Shown here: piece by piece, positions 1-12,862 of the stretch
Numbering within the stretch: the first letter of the stretch is position 1
How the letters are laid out: each line of letters starts with the position of its first letter
Assembly (NCBI GenBank): GCA_028023455.1
Contig: JAQFVV010000006.1
Location: forward strand, 19,654,001 to 19,718,000
Length of the DNA: 64,000 nucleotides
Direction of reading: 5' to 3'
Origin: Epiperipatus broadwayi
Taxonomy: Eukaryota > Animalia > Onychophora
The notes under the pieces: generated by a model
The model's database searches: none
The model's input: only the letters and a program-made list of their open reading frames with translations
What the model was told of the DNA's origin: nothing
Position numbers and translations under genes: made by a program

Positions 1-834
1 GCTGCGCCTTTTCACATCCAGATCAATCTGCTGATAACTTTGTAATCATGTGATCTGACCAAAATAATGTGTACACGGATCTTATACATGATATTTTTCA
101 CAAGACTTGCAAAAAAAGTAACATGTACATGGATCTTGTATATATTTTCACAAGATTTACAAAGTTATCGGTAGATTGATTCAAATATGGAAAGGTACAG
201 CAGGTCTAATACATGCTTCGTGTTGCAGGACTAAAAAAAACATTTTCATACACAATTAAAAGTATAAAAAATAATAAAGATATGTATGATTTTGAGCAAG
301 AAATTGATACTAAAAAGACCATTTTAAAAAAATTTTGATTTGTCATACACAAACATATACAACTTTCACACTAATATATAAATTGATATAAAAAATAACA
401 TTTTACACAAATAAAATTGATGTGCAATCTTTAAAAATACATACTCTTGCCCCCCCCCCCAAATATGTAAAATAAATGATGCCATTATGCAACTCCCAAA
501 TGTTACTTTAAATGTGGACAAAACAATCACTAAATTATTATTTTTTTACATATTATTTAAAAAAGAACATCAAAAATATGCATATGCTACTTACTGTCTA
601 ATATATAACAGGAATTGTCACATTAAAACAAGCAATTTGGCATTTACTTTTACCACACAAAATGGAGATCTCAACTGACCCACCCTCAATGGAGTTCAAC
701 TGAACACATGATTGCACACTATAATGGCAAAACAGGATTTTCCACAGAAATGCTAATAAATGAATTTTTTTTAAATGAAAAAAAAAAATGCACAAAAATA
801 CAGAAATATAAATTGTAATAGTTTTATTAGCTTT

Positions 835-1137
835 TCATCCTAGCAAAAAAATTTCATTTCTGTCATTCAGGATGTAAATGAATGCATCATTTTTGTGAAA
901 TCTACACCACATAAATTCAGTCAGATGAGTCGATGTATTGCCTTGATGTCCCTCACTGCTCATTTTTTCCCATTCTGTAGACCTTAATTTGTGAACCCAA
1001 CTATAAATGAAGTGGATGGCTGTTAGAAATGGGATTCTAGAACCTTCCAACCACATTCTCTTACGAATGGCAATTTTACTGTTACAACCTTGAACGTTAC
1101 AACACCACTGCTTGTCCGAGATATGCACAAAACACAA
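835..1137 (-). mobile_element. Merlin (IS1595/ISXO2-like) transposase remnant, internally deleted in frame
   Basis: ORF joins a Merlin N-terminal Zn-ribbon region (WCC..QGC..KIAIRKRMWLEGSRIPFLTAIHFIYSW) directly to the Merlin C-terminal motif (HLTEFMWCRF..DAFIYIL). The DDE core is absent. Confidence 0.8.
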
Positions 1138-1361
1138 TAGCTATTGTCAGAAAGAGATCTGGACAATAACTGAAAATGTTGAAATATCAAAAAAAAGACC
1201 ATGTTTTGATAAACACGTTTTCACACAAAGTCGGATAATATCGCAGGGCTTATTTCATTTAAATTTGACATAATTGTAAGATTACACATTTATTGTGGAT
1301 GTGAAAAGGTGTACCATCTCCCCTACATTGCAGGACTAATACTCAAGTACCATCTTGAATA

Positions 1362-3330
1362 GTCATCATCAGCTTCTAAAGACAGCCTTGTTAATGCAGT
1401 CACATTGTTCTATCTTCAGCAATTTGTTTCATATCTGCATATAAAAAAAATTCAATGTCACTTATCACATTTTAAAATAGGATATTCTTTGTCTGCCTCT
1501 CAATCTTCTTCCTAAAATTTTTTCTTTCAAAATATTTTGTAAAAACTTATTAAATTTTAAAATATGACCAAAAATGGAATCTCTCATTTTTATTATATTG
1601 TCTTTTTTTTTTTTTTATTCCAAGTTCTATTAATATTTGATCATTAGTCATATTTTCCATACTTAACCTTCTCCAAAGCCGCATTTCCATTCCTTGCAAT
1701 CTTTTTCTTTCTTGTTTTACCAAAGACCATGTCTCACAACCATAAGTGAATATCATCCAAAGAAGGTTTTAATAAGTTTCATCCTCTTTTTTGTATCAAT
1801 ATTTTTATTTAGTAGTAAATTTTTGTTTTATTTTGAAAAGCATCTTTCATAAACATTATTCTACTTTTAATCTTAATAAGTTATTGTCATTGCAAATCAT
1901 AATTCTCAGATGTTCTAAATGTATATTATTTATCCACACATCAGTAAGTCTTTTTATCTTCTTTCTATCTATTATCATGACTCTAATCTTATTAATTAAC
2001 ATTTACCTGTAATTTAAATTATTTTATAAGTTATTCAATATCTTAAGCATTTTATTCATTTCTTTTTCTAAGTCTATAAATAATATTATATCATCTGCAT
2101 AATATGCTGTCCATTAATTTTAATTTGTTTAGTTTTTTTTTTTTATAATCATTATATTTTCAACAAATTAATTGAATAAATAGAATAGATAATATACATA
2201 CTTTCCTCACACATCTTTTTATATTAGTGCTAGTTTTATAACTATTTATAATTATTTCTGTATTTTTGACATTTATCTAAATTTATAATTAACTATCTAT
2301 TTTTTTAACCAGGATCTACTTCATCATTTTAAACAACAACTTCAATACTACTTTGACAAAAGTCTTCTCTAAGTCAATAAAATCCATGTAAGATTTCCTA
2401 TTCGTTTCCAACCTTCTTTGCAAAATCATTCTTAATGACATTATTGCTTCTCTACTTCTTTTCCCAGGTCTAAAACCATATTGATCTTCATCCAAATTCT
2501 CATCAATTTTGTATTCTATTTTTTTTTAATTATTATGAATAAAATATTTGAAGTGGGGGTTAATAGAGTTGCAGCATAATCTTTTTGGGGAAAGGCAATA
2601 GTTTTTTGTAGTCAAAAAATCAAATGGTATTTTACTTTTCTCATAATATCCTGTTATCACATCAAACAATTTATTTTAATGACATTACTACAATTTTTTT
2701 TTAATTTGATTGGAATATCATCTATACCAGATATCTTATTATTTTTTATCTTAGTAATTGCATAATCAAATTCTTCTCATTATTAAAGGTTCTTTCTCAT
2801 TCTCAAGAGCATATGTTCAGTATCTATATAATCTTTCATATTTATTATTTCTTCTCCTTTACACACATCTTCAATATATTCTTTCCAACAGTCACGCACT
2901 TTCATATTTTCAATAAGTATCTTTCCTTCATTATTCTTAATATTCCCCCTTTATAATTCAACATATACATGTTTAAACTTCCAACATTTATGTTGTTTTC
3001 AATTTCTTCACTTATCATATTTGTCCATTCTCTGCTATTTGTTATTAAATTTTTAACTATTTTATATTGATCATGGTCTTTATATCTAACTTCAATCCTT
3101 TTTTTAAATTAAATTCAATATTTCTTGAGGAATCAGTGTTTTCTTAGGTGCTAATGTCATTTCCCCCAATACTTTAGTTGCAGCTCTCTTTATATATGCT
3201 TTTAATATTCTTCCATCACATATTAACCATAGCCATCATATAAGTTTCATCATTAAATTTCCTAGCTATATCATGATTTTGTAGCTTATTTTAACATCAT
3301 TTATTTTGAGCAGATATAATTTTCCTCTTA
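1362..3330 (-). mobile_element. Degenerate non-LTR retrotransposon (RTE-like LINE), RT and C-terminal part
   Basis: Minus-strand translation gives DQYGFRPGKRSREAIMSLRMILQRR..SYMDFIDLEKTF (~2350-2495) and TYGCETWSLVKQERKRLQGMEMRLWRR (1550-1756). Many stops and frameshifts; GATGATGA-type 3' tail near 1365. Confidence 0.85.
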
Positions 3331-6300
3331 TAATTACGATCGCTATCCACATCATTATGACTAAATTGTTAAAATAGCATTCTTAAAATTTATCTGAAAA
3401 GCAATAAGAGAAGAGAACTGAGAGCTCTTCAAACAAAATACTCTCTGGATTCAACAAATCTGCTTTTGAACAGTTTCTCTTATACAATTGACATATCCAT
3501 CAACATCATTAAGTCATTAGCAAAAAAAATACAATTGTTCAAATTAACAAAAATAATAAAAATTGTAAAATAAAGAATAAAAAGTTAAAAATGAATTTAG
3601 AAATGACTACATAAACCAATACATAAATTCCAAACGTATTCACATATATCATATACTGGTCCTTTAGACTGTTAGTTGATATCTAACAGCATCTTTGATT
3701 TTCTGCAATGAACTTTATTAATGATTTCAATATCTTGCCTAATTGCAATACTCTGTTGATTTATTCTCAGTCATATCTACCCAATGAGAAATATCAATAA
3801 TTGCACATCTTAACAAAGTCTCTGGGATAATAAATAAACCAAAGTGAAAAAATTGGAAATATAACTTTTTATTTACAAATATTGATCGATATATTTATTT
3901 TAGATTATTTTGAAATGAGAAATAAATAATCGACATTTTAATTCATCAACAATGTTTAACAGTTGTAAACTCAGTCGTTAACAATAAAATAGACAGTTTT
4001 TTTTTTTTTTTGTAAAAGAAGCTCTCTATCAAACTGTTGGATATCAAGAGATGTATTTCTTGAGTATCTGGAAAGAATCTCTTCTTTACCACTCGCAAGC
4101 TTCAAAGCATCATCGGAGCTAAATGCGAGCAGATAAAGCAAATATAACTTCAATGTGGAGCTGAAAAACTAATGAACTACTTTTAATAAAAATCAACAAT
4201 TGCTATTTTTTGATAAAAATCAAAATCTTTCAATGGTAATAATAAATGTGTACACACACTATCTTTCTGTGGAGAGTATGTATAAACTCCTTCAAAGTTT
4301 ATATAATACCTATACAATTAATTTATATAATACCTATACAATTAATTGGCTTATATACTTCCATCTAACAAGAAACTAAATTTTACTGAGCAATAAAAAA
4401 AAAATGAAAATTATGAAATGATAAATTTTTCACCAGAGATTTTATGTCAAAAATTTTATTTATTTGTTTAGAACCTTTAGACTCTGTCAAAGAAGTCAGT
4501 TTTTGTAAACTATTGAAGTGCGGAAAAGGAGGAAATATGTATAAAAAATAATAGTAATAAATTATCCGTTAAAATAGATATTTTTTTAAGGTCACTCTTT
4601 GCAGCTAGAAAATTTATCAATTTAAGTTAGCTTTTCACCAGATGGCTAGATGAGAAAAAAATTTGAATGGGTGGAAGAGGGTAAATCTTGTGCATCTTAC
4701 TGACAAATCAAATTTAACCTTTTTCGATCAGTTAAAGAGAATGAAACAATCAGAGAAAACAAAAACAAAACCTTATATGTGTGAATATTAATACCTGTAA
4801 AGATCAAGATAATTAAAAAAAAGGACTTGGAAAATGGAATTATTACCATCATAAAAGAATAAATTTGATATCAATAACAATAATTTGTTATTGTTTATCC
4901 CTTTATTGTAAAATAATCAACCTAGAGTTAAAATATGCAAAAATATATCAGATATTAATAATCAATAATGTTTTGTTAGGGCTTAGTTAGAAAACAATAG
5001 CAGACATAATACAACTATTAACAATCTTTGTTTCTAACACCAACACAATTTCACATTTAACATGTTACTCTACAAAAGTTCTACCATTATCACCATACTA
5101 TTTATTTCATGGGTCATTATAAAAATAGTAATCAGCATGTCACATGTTAAGATCATGACTTAAAGTTCCAATTCAGCCTCAGTAAAACTTGAATACTTTT
5201 TTCACATTCCAAATAGAATTAGAACTTTTTCAAGTAACCATTTCATAGCCAATCCAGCTAACCACAAAAGTATTAATCGATAAAACAAATATTTCAATAG
5301 TCTTAATAAAATTAAAACAAAAATAAAAAACATTCAAACCATTATTGCCTTGGACTGCAATACAATCATAATAATAATTTATTTATTGTTGAAACGGTAG
5401 GTTTTGATCCCCTTTTGTTTCACCTAGACTTTGGGTTACTAGCCCCATCTGTGCTGGGTTTAAACCCACTAAAAATAGATAAGAGCACTATCATGGCCAT
5501 ATGCATTGCAGTATATATATACAAAAAGACACTATTAATATCAATTATATTAAAATATTACTGCAGTTACATTTCGATTTGTAATTAAAAATATTTATAT
5601 TATAAATGATATAACGATCAATTTATTAATTTGCTTTGCTATAAAATCGTATGTATATGTATTATTCAACCTATATAGTGATACATATATAGGATGGCAT
5701 GATTTAGTTTTGTTAAAAGTTTTAACTCTAGTAAATTAAAAATAAAATAGTTGTAAACAAATTAGCATTAAGCCACCGCACTTGCAGGAAAATCAGTTTA
5801 GATTTAGTAAATTTTGTACATAACCTTTCAATTTAATGAGATGCCAGAAATTTGACATTTGACCAATTCTCCCCCTGGTGAATTTTTTCGTAAGTATTAG
5901 AAATGGTATATTTTATTATATTAAATTTTTGCAAAAACTTTTACGGTAGAAGGCGGGAAATTCAAAATTCCCACTCTTACAATAGGTATAAGTCCCGCCC
6001 TAACATGTTCAGCCATTGTCTGTTGCCAAGGCTGTAAAACGTTCGGTGTTTTACGACATTTTTTAAGAAAATAGTTCCAATGACCAAAAATGTGTTTATT
6101 TGTAAATTTATTAAAGTTTTAGATTTTTGAAAAAAAAAAATTTACACTATATTTATTAGATATTGAAACAGTAAGATATGCCCTACAAATCTTAGTTTCA
6201 CTTTGCCTTCCTCTTACCTACCCTTATTCTCTATTTCAAATCCTAATTTTATTGTAGTGTGTGCGTACTGCGTATATTTACTGAAATACAGCCTATTTTT

Positions 6301-7456
6301 ATATTTCTAATGGGGTACCCATGGGTTTTATAACAATTAAATTTTCTTAACGGTTTTATTTTCAAACCGTCAAGTATATTTATATATATACTCATACAAC
6401 AAAAGTAGGTCACATATTCTCATTTACCCACATACAGCGATAATAGATTTAAACCTTTAAGCAAAATAATATATTTTAAAACTGTGAGTAAATTAATGTT
6501 TTAGTTATGAAGTTGTTTGGATCTGTTTAATTAAGTGTTATTATCTTCATTTTGATTTAGATTTTCATAAATAAAATAAAAAAGATTTGTTACCATTTAA
6601 TAAAATAATATCACTTGTAAACAGATTTAAACATTATGATTTTGAGAATAAGTTTTATGTAGATTTTAGATTTAGAATTAGGCCATTTTCTTTTTTAAAA
6701 AAATCAATGAGGGTGGACAAAGAGAACACTAGTGCTAATTTTAATCTGTTTACGCCAGTTTCACTAGTGGATTTTTTTTGATTAATTTAAGATAAAAGTT
6801 TAGTGAGCAAATTTTAATTAAATTAATTGGATCAGAACATCTGGGGATACCCCTTTTAATAAATTTTAATTAAAAGTGCATTCCTCGGTATGTGATATAA
6901 TTAATAAATTTTAAGTAATGGATTTTGCAGGACAAAAGTGATTGTATAATGCAAGAGTATAAATAAGACTGATTTTGTGATAAGAAGAGATAAGTTGTAA
7001 TTATTCAAGAGACAACTTGTAAACATATTAATATAGATTTTAGTTATCTAAAATCTGAGTTATATGTTTGAAATAAGTTATAAACCTTGGAATAACAAAT
7101 TTAAAAAAAGAAAAAAAGAAATCACCTTATTGGATTCTCTATGAGAAGCGAACTATATCCAGAAATTCCCATGGAGATCAACTTTAGAATGGCGGGGTAA
7201 AAGACAGTGGGCCGTCTTCCCTCAGAATGGCTTTCTCGCCGCTGTCATTCTCCATCCAAAGTCCTGCTATTGTGCTTAAAATGCTGACTAAACCTCAGAA
7301 GTAATGCTGCTTGTGGAAACTGGATTTTGAAACATCCTGAATTATGTTTCTTGTAAAAACTGTGATCACAGAGGAGAAACCAAAGTTTGCACAAGAACTC
7401 TATTTACGTTTTGGAAAAAGCTTATGGAATGTCCTCACAAAGTGAGGTATTACAAA

Positions 7457-8615
7457 TGTAACCCGAGATCTCGTAAGCCTTAAGCTATAGCTATCTTTAA
7501 TAATGTACTTTATACTATGTATTTATCATGTGTATTCATTTAATCCTTCCTTAATGCATGTTACGCTTCTTTTACTTGGGTTACCTTTTTTTATATATAT
7601 AAGTGTAACGTTTGATTTTAAATGCCTTATTATAATGTGATTTTTAAATTTATTCTTTCAAGCCAGTGTGAGTTGCGTAAGGAAATCTTATAAATGCTTG
7701 GTTGCCATATTAATTACTAAATTGCAAGCATGCATTCCCCCTCTCTTTTATTGACTATATTTAAGATAATTATTTTATGTATCACATAAATGATTTTAAA
7801 ATAGTTTTTTTTTTTTCAATTAAATTTTATTGAAAGAGGCTGGCCATAAAATAAATTTAAGAGCAAGGTATTCTGCTTTTTTGTGAACTACCTTTTATTT
7901 ATATATTTTAAAATTTAATTGTGTGTATTACTGGCGAACGTGCTGGAGTATTAAATTTCGCTTTACTTTTTCCAAGATTGTCTACGGCTGAGTCTGTGTC
8001 CTTGCTTTACTTTGTGATTCCCATTAGAGTGTGACATAAATGCCTTACTGGGGAATTTATTCGTGTTCATCCCACAGTCATGAAGTTACTGGGTGTGGGC
8101 CAGGTTTGGGCTGTGTAAGAACTAGAGATGTTCCAGATAAATGGTGAAATCCCTATCCAAACCCAATGTTAGTTTTATTTACTAGTTTTCTGATAAAGCC
8201 ACTATTCCAACTGATAGTACTCCATCCTTCGCACTTTATCTCATCACCACCCCATATTTCCATAAGAACTTATTATTAAATTTGATAAGATGAATTCCAG
8301 TAATGTACAGTATATCTTTATTTTAGAATTAGAATCAACATTCGCACAAGCTTCACTCATATTAACTTAAGATTCCCTGTTCTCGATTAATTAGTCATTA
8401 AAATTGCTTTAATACTTTGCAAAGCTCACACATACTTACCTTGTAATAGACACATTATAATATAAAATAACTCAAGTAAGAAGTACAAATATATGTTGAT
8501 TTATTTTGCTATCAAATCTGGAGGGCATACTTTATAACTTTATATGTTTCAATAAATAGTGTAGTAATTAAATAGTTACTTTTGTTTATTTATCCGGAGC
8601 ACAATTTAAGTTACA
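7457..8615 (+). mobile_element. Possible LTR remnant
   Basis: Starts TGTAAC, ends GTTACA, AATAAA ~60 bp before the end. No TSD found; another TGTAAC at ~7604 makes the start ambiguous. Confidence 0.35.
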
Positions 8616-8685
8616 TATCCATATTAGGCTTAGCTTTGGCACATTTATAAGTTATTGTTAGACAAACCTAGGGCTATTTTAATTT

Positions 8686-8897
8686 TAGAGCCTCTTGTTT
8701 CTTCCTGACCACCGGCACCGACAAGAAATTATACTATTAGTAGCATCAGATGCGTTATCACGTAGATGGCATTGTGGAGATTAGATTTGATTCGAACTTG
8801 GGATTTCTGAGAGGCAACCCTTTCTTGTGTTGAGTTCCATGTCTGGGGTTTAAATTCTGCAGTGTCTTAGCGAGATAGACGAATTTTGACCATTACA
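8686..8897 (+). mobile_element. LTR 3'-end (U5-like) remnant related to the 29.3/31.9 kb repeats
   Basis: Aligns by eye with 31871-31960 (tagag..ttgttt..cctgaccacc.gg..ga.aagaaa..attagtagca) and ends ttttgaccattaca, like ttttgactgttaca at 29523. Confidence 0.55.
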
Positions 8898-10043
8898 ATA
8901 TCAAGAAGTATAAATTATTAATAACTTATTTTGATTTGAAATATTTTATTTTCAAAAATATAACTTTATATTAGCAGCGAATGTAAGCATGACCTGAAAC
9001 AATTTACAAACTTAGTTTCTATGTAAGCAATCCATTTATACTTATGAGTATGAAAATATCACAATTTTGCAATAAATACTCAAAATTTTTAAACTTTTAA
9101 AGTATAATTCGTTAGATATAAAAGAAATAAATAATCATTTGGATGTTTACAAATAATAAGAATTAATAACGTCTAATCTCTTTGTTTTGTTTACAATCTC
9201 ATTTTTTTAATATTTTACAGAAACAAAATGTGAACATTTAAAATTTATTTTAGTAGTAAACAAAAATATTTATCAAATGAAGTCAAATTTATTATTTTCA
9301 GATAAGTAATAATTTTATCATATATTTTACATTGATGTGTGAGACAAAGAAAAACATCAGAAAATACAGTTTAAGAGAATTAATTTGTTTATAACATACT
9401 GTTGTATAATAAAATCACCGAACCAGCACTATTCAAATCCTCGGTGGGATTTTGGATACTTTGCAAATAATTAAACATAAGTCTAAAATCAATTTTGAAA
9501 TCCAAGATTTTAACTTAATATCTAACACTAATGGGTTCTCAGGTAATAATAATTATCAACCAGGTGACTGAGACAAATATTGTATAAATAGGCCATACTT
9601 TAAGATTGACACACACATATCAATATTTGCAAAAGAAATTGCCACCAGAATCCATGCCACTTGAAATTTTGATGTCTGGCTAAGGAGGGATACATTTTGC
9701 TGATTCTCTATGGGAAAACAGCAAGCTACTTACATCCTATGCACCTAGAAACCTGACCATCACAAGGATGAAATTCTCCAGCAACAACATGCCATCAGAA
9801 GAAGACATCATGAACCTGTACAGAAAAGAATGCTGTCATGCCTCAAGTCCAAGTGCCTACATCACCAGCTGCAATGAAGAATCGGTAATTTCATTCCAGA
9901 ATTACAGAGCTCTGAATCAATTAATATTTAATATTGAACTCTTAACTTTTTAAAGCTAGCTAAATGTAAATTAAAAAAACAATTGAACATTCAAATTAAT
10001 GTTAACTTTAAGCTGTGTTTAAATTAATTAACCTTTTAAATTA

Positions 10044-10453
10044 TGTAACTTGCCTGCCTACATCTGTAATTTCTATTTTATTTAAATTGAATCAATGTCT
10101 TATTTAACTATTTCTCTATCACTGTGGATGTGCCCATCCCTTTCTCTACATTTATTTTAAAATGTATTTTGTATGTTTACTATATGCCAATGCTTCGAAA
10201 CATCGAACCTTTAAATTCAGTAAAACTTAACAGATATCATTTAAAATATCTTAATTTAATTATCTTTATTAATGTTGCCAATTATGTGTGTTGTTTTGAA
10301 ATCCTATATTGTAATAACAACGAACTGCCATGCACTCGTTATTATTGATTATTTGTTTGTTATATACAGCATAATGTGCATTGCTTCTAAACTTAAATTA
10401 TGATTTTAATTATTGCTATAATAAATAATAGACTAGCCTTAGGGATAGTTACA
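10044..10453 (+). mobile_element. Solo LTR (410 bp)
   Basis: Termini TGTAAC...GTTACA (perfect 6-bp inverted ends); flanking 5-mers aatta/aagta (4/5 match, probable TSD). Confidence 0.65.
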
Positions 10454-11562
10454 AAGTATATTATTAAATATATTGCAAAACCCTTCCAAATATATTTTCC
10501 CCTCCTTAATTAATTAATAAAATGTAGCTCAAGTTTGTCAAACAAGATTGATAATACAATTTATTAATTAGCCTAAATATAAAGTTATTTAAGAATTGGC
10601 TTCTATTAACTAAACTGACAAAAGCTATCATTAGAGCACAGTTAATTTTAAATATATATGTTATATCATTTATTGCATTGCGGATGTGATTTATTAAGTC
10701 CAAATACTTTACATGTTGCTGCATCTTCTAAAATGGGACTCAGGCCATCCCATTGTACTATTTTGGGTTTGTGCATCAAGAGTATTCCTAAAGTTTAATG
10801 CCAGGGTTGTTTGAGTAAGCCACCCCACTCCTGAACTTCAATGTTCCTATCATTAGCAACAAGATGCTCGGTCGCAGGGTACCACACATTGGTTTCAAGA
10901 ACTCTTGAAGAATTATCCATCCACATGGCAGTGTTATTAGTAATATTTTACCAGTGCTATAGCATATATTGGCAGCCTAAAGCAGCCAGTGCTTCTCTCT
11001 ATCATTTTAAATATTCAGCATTGATCTGAAACCGCATCTTGGCTACTAGGTTAAACCTACATCAGCATGGCCATTTAGATAGAAATATATACATTTGTAT
11101 AATACTATAATGAATGATCTATCCAGGGCTAGTAAAATTACTTATCAAATAGCAACCCACAATGTTAAGATAGTTGGAATTCTCATTATAGGCATAATTT
11201 CAGTGACTGCACATCCATACACACACATATTGATTTAATATGTAAAAATGAGATTGATATGATACTTGTTTCATCCGCTGTGATACCCGTGAGCATTCAC
11301 TCACATCTTTGAAATTTCTGTTCTTTTATACTTTGTTTATTTTGCCTTGATTAATTAATAAATATGTTAAAATTACATTGGTTTCATATGTAATTCTCAT
11401 AGTCTAATTCCAATCCAATTTAATCTTAGTTATTATATTACATATGAGTGACACAAGCATTTAATGTTAATTTACAGATATTACTTCCATCACCATGCTA
11501 TCAGTCTATTTAAACCCTTTTAGTTTATATTGAGTCAGCCCCAAGTCTCATGTTTATCCCTG

Positions 11563-11729
11563 TGTTATGCCGGCAGTGAAGAAATGGAGATGTAACCTCA
11601 GATATGTCATTTATAGGGTATTGAGTCACAGGGTACTTGTCGGATTCAGGACTTCATCATCCCACTCTGATCAGCTTTGATCTATTTGCCTGGATTCTGT
11701 TGTGTGAATGAATAAATCTGACTGTTACA
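11563..11729 (+). mobile_element. Short LTR-like remnant
   Basis: TGTTA start, AATAAA at 11711, ends ctgactgttaca, the same terminus as the 29523 LTR end. No clear TSD. Confidence 0.4.
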
Positions 11730-12785
11730 CTGTTATGGCATTGATTCTTAATATTTTATTCACAACCCAATTTTTTTTAAAGATATTAAACCATTACAAA
11801 TTCTAACATTTTCTATTGTTTCAACTGGTAAGTTTTTTCACTTCTGTATAAAATCTTCTAAAAAATCATCTTTGATCTTTTTAAATATTTAAAAACTGGC
11901 TTGTAAATAAGCATAATGTATCATGAATATTACCAATAATGTTGGTATAAACACACTTTCAGAAAAGGAATGAATTCTTTTTTAATTTTCTTTTTTTAAA
12001 TATCAATGAAATTCTGGCAGATGACATTATACACTCAATAGTTTTCTTTGCTTATGTTTGTCAAATTTTATTCATTTCTATTTCTAAAAATAAAAAATAA
12101 ATGAATAAATTGAACATATACATGTTCATTTCTTTTTGTTTTAAATAATAATTAATCAATTAATATGTAAAAGTAATCAAAAATATTTTATAAATAAGCA
12201 AAAAATCGTATTTCTTTTTCCAAAATTTTGTGTGAAAACTAGACCTGAAGAAAATGAATGCCTTCTGGACACTTTATTGTTGTAATCAATAAAGACTTAA
12301 GATCTAAGATGCCTGTCTTGTTCAGATTTTTTTAAAATTAAAACATAAATAAGAGCAGTCCTGCAGAAACTGCATCACTTATGGTAATGATAAAACAGCA
12401 ATGTAAAGTAGCAGGATGTTTTTCAAAAGTTAACAAGACACAATTTCTTACAAATCTGAAAGTTATCAAGTTAAAGCAATCAAACACATTTTAGAAAAAA
12501 AAAATTAATTTATTGTTATGGCATTGACTCCTAATATTTTTACTCACAATCAAAACTTATCTCAAAATATATTGATGTAATGAAATGCTTATTAGGAAAA
12601 ATAGACTACTTTATTGTAAATAAAACAATAGTCCATAACACTTCCATTATGTTAATAGAGAATGTTCTATGTGTTTTACAGCAGTGACAGATTAATGGAG
12701 TTGAAGCAGAGATTTCCTGGATTAGTGCTCAAAGATCATTTCCTTTCATAAGTAGCAACGATTCAATAATCATATTTAGTCCTTT

Positions 12786-12862
12786 GCAGTTTAGCTCAGT
12801 GATAGAATGATAGACCTGAGATTAAAATTTTCTTAAATCACTGTTCGATCTGTCATTTCTGT
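12786..12862 (+). repeat. Degenerate tRNA-derived (SINE-head-like) sequence
   Basis: A-box-like TAGCTCAGTGATAGA and B-box-like GTTCGATC at tRNA-like spacing; no convincing cloverleaf. Confidence 0.35.

Noticed and set aside
12340-12470. THAP-like start (QQCKVAGC)
   Set aside because: Only a CxxxxC-like hint; the downstream THAP residues (W, C, H, F) are not found.
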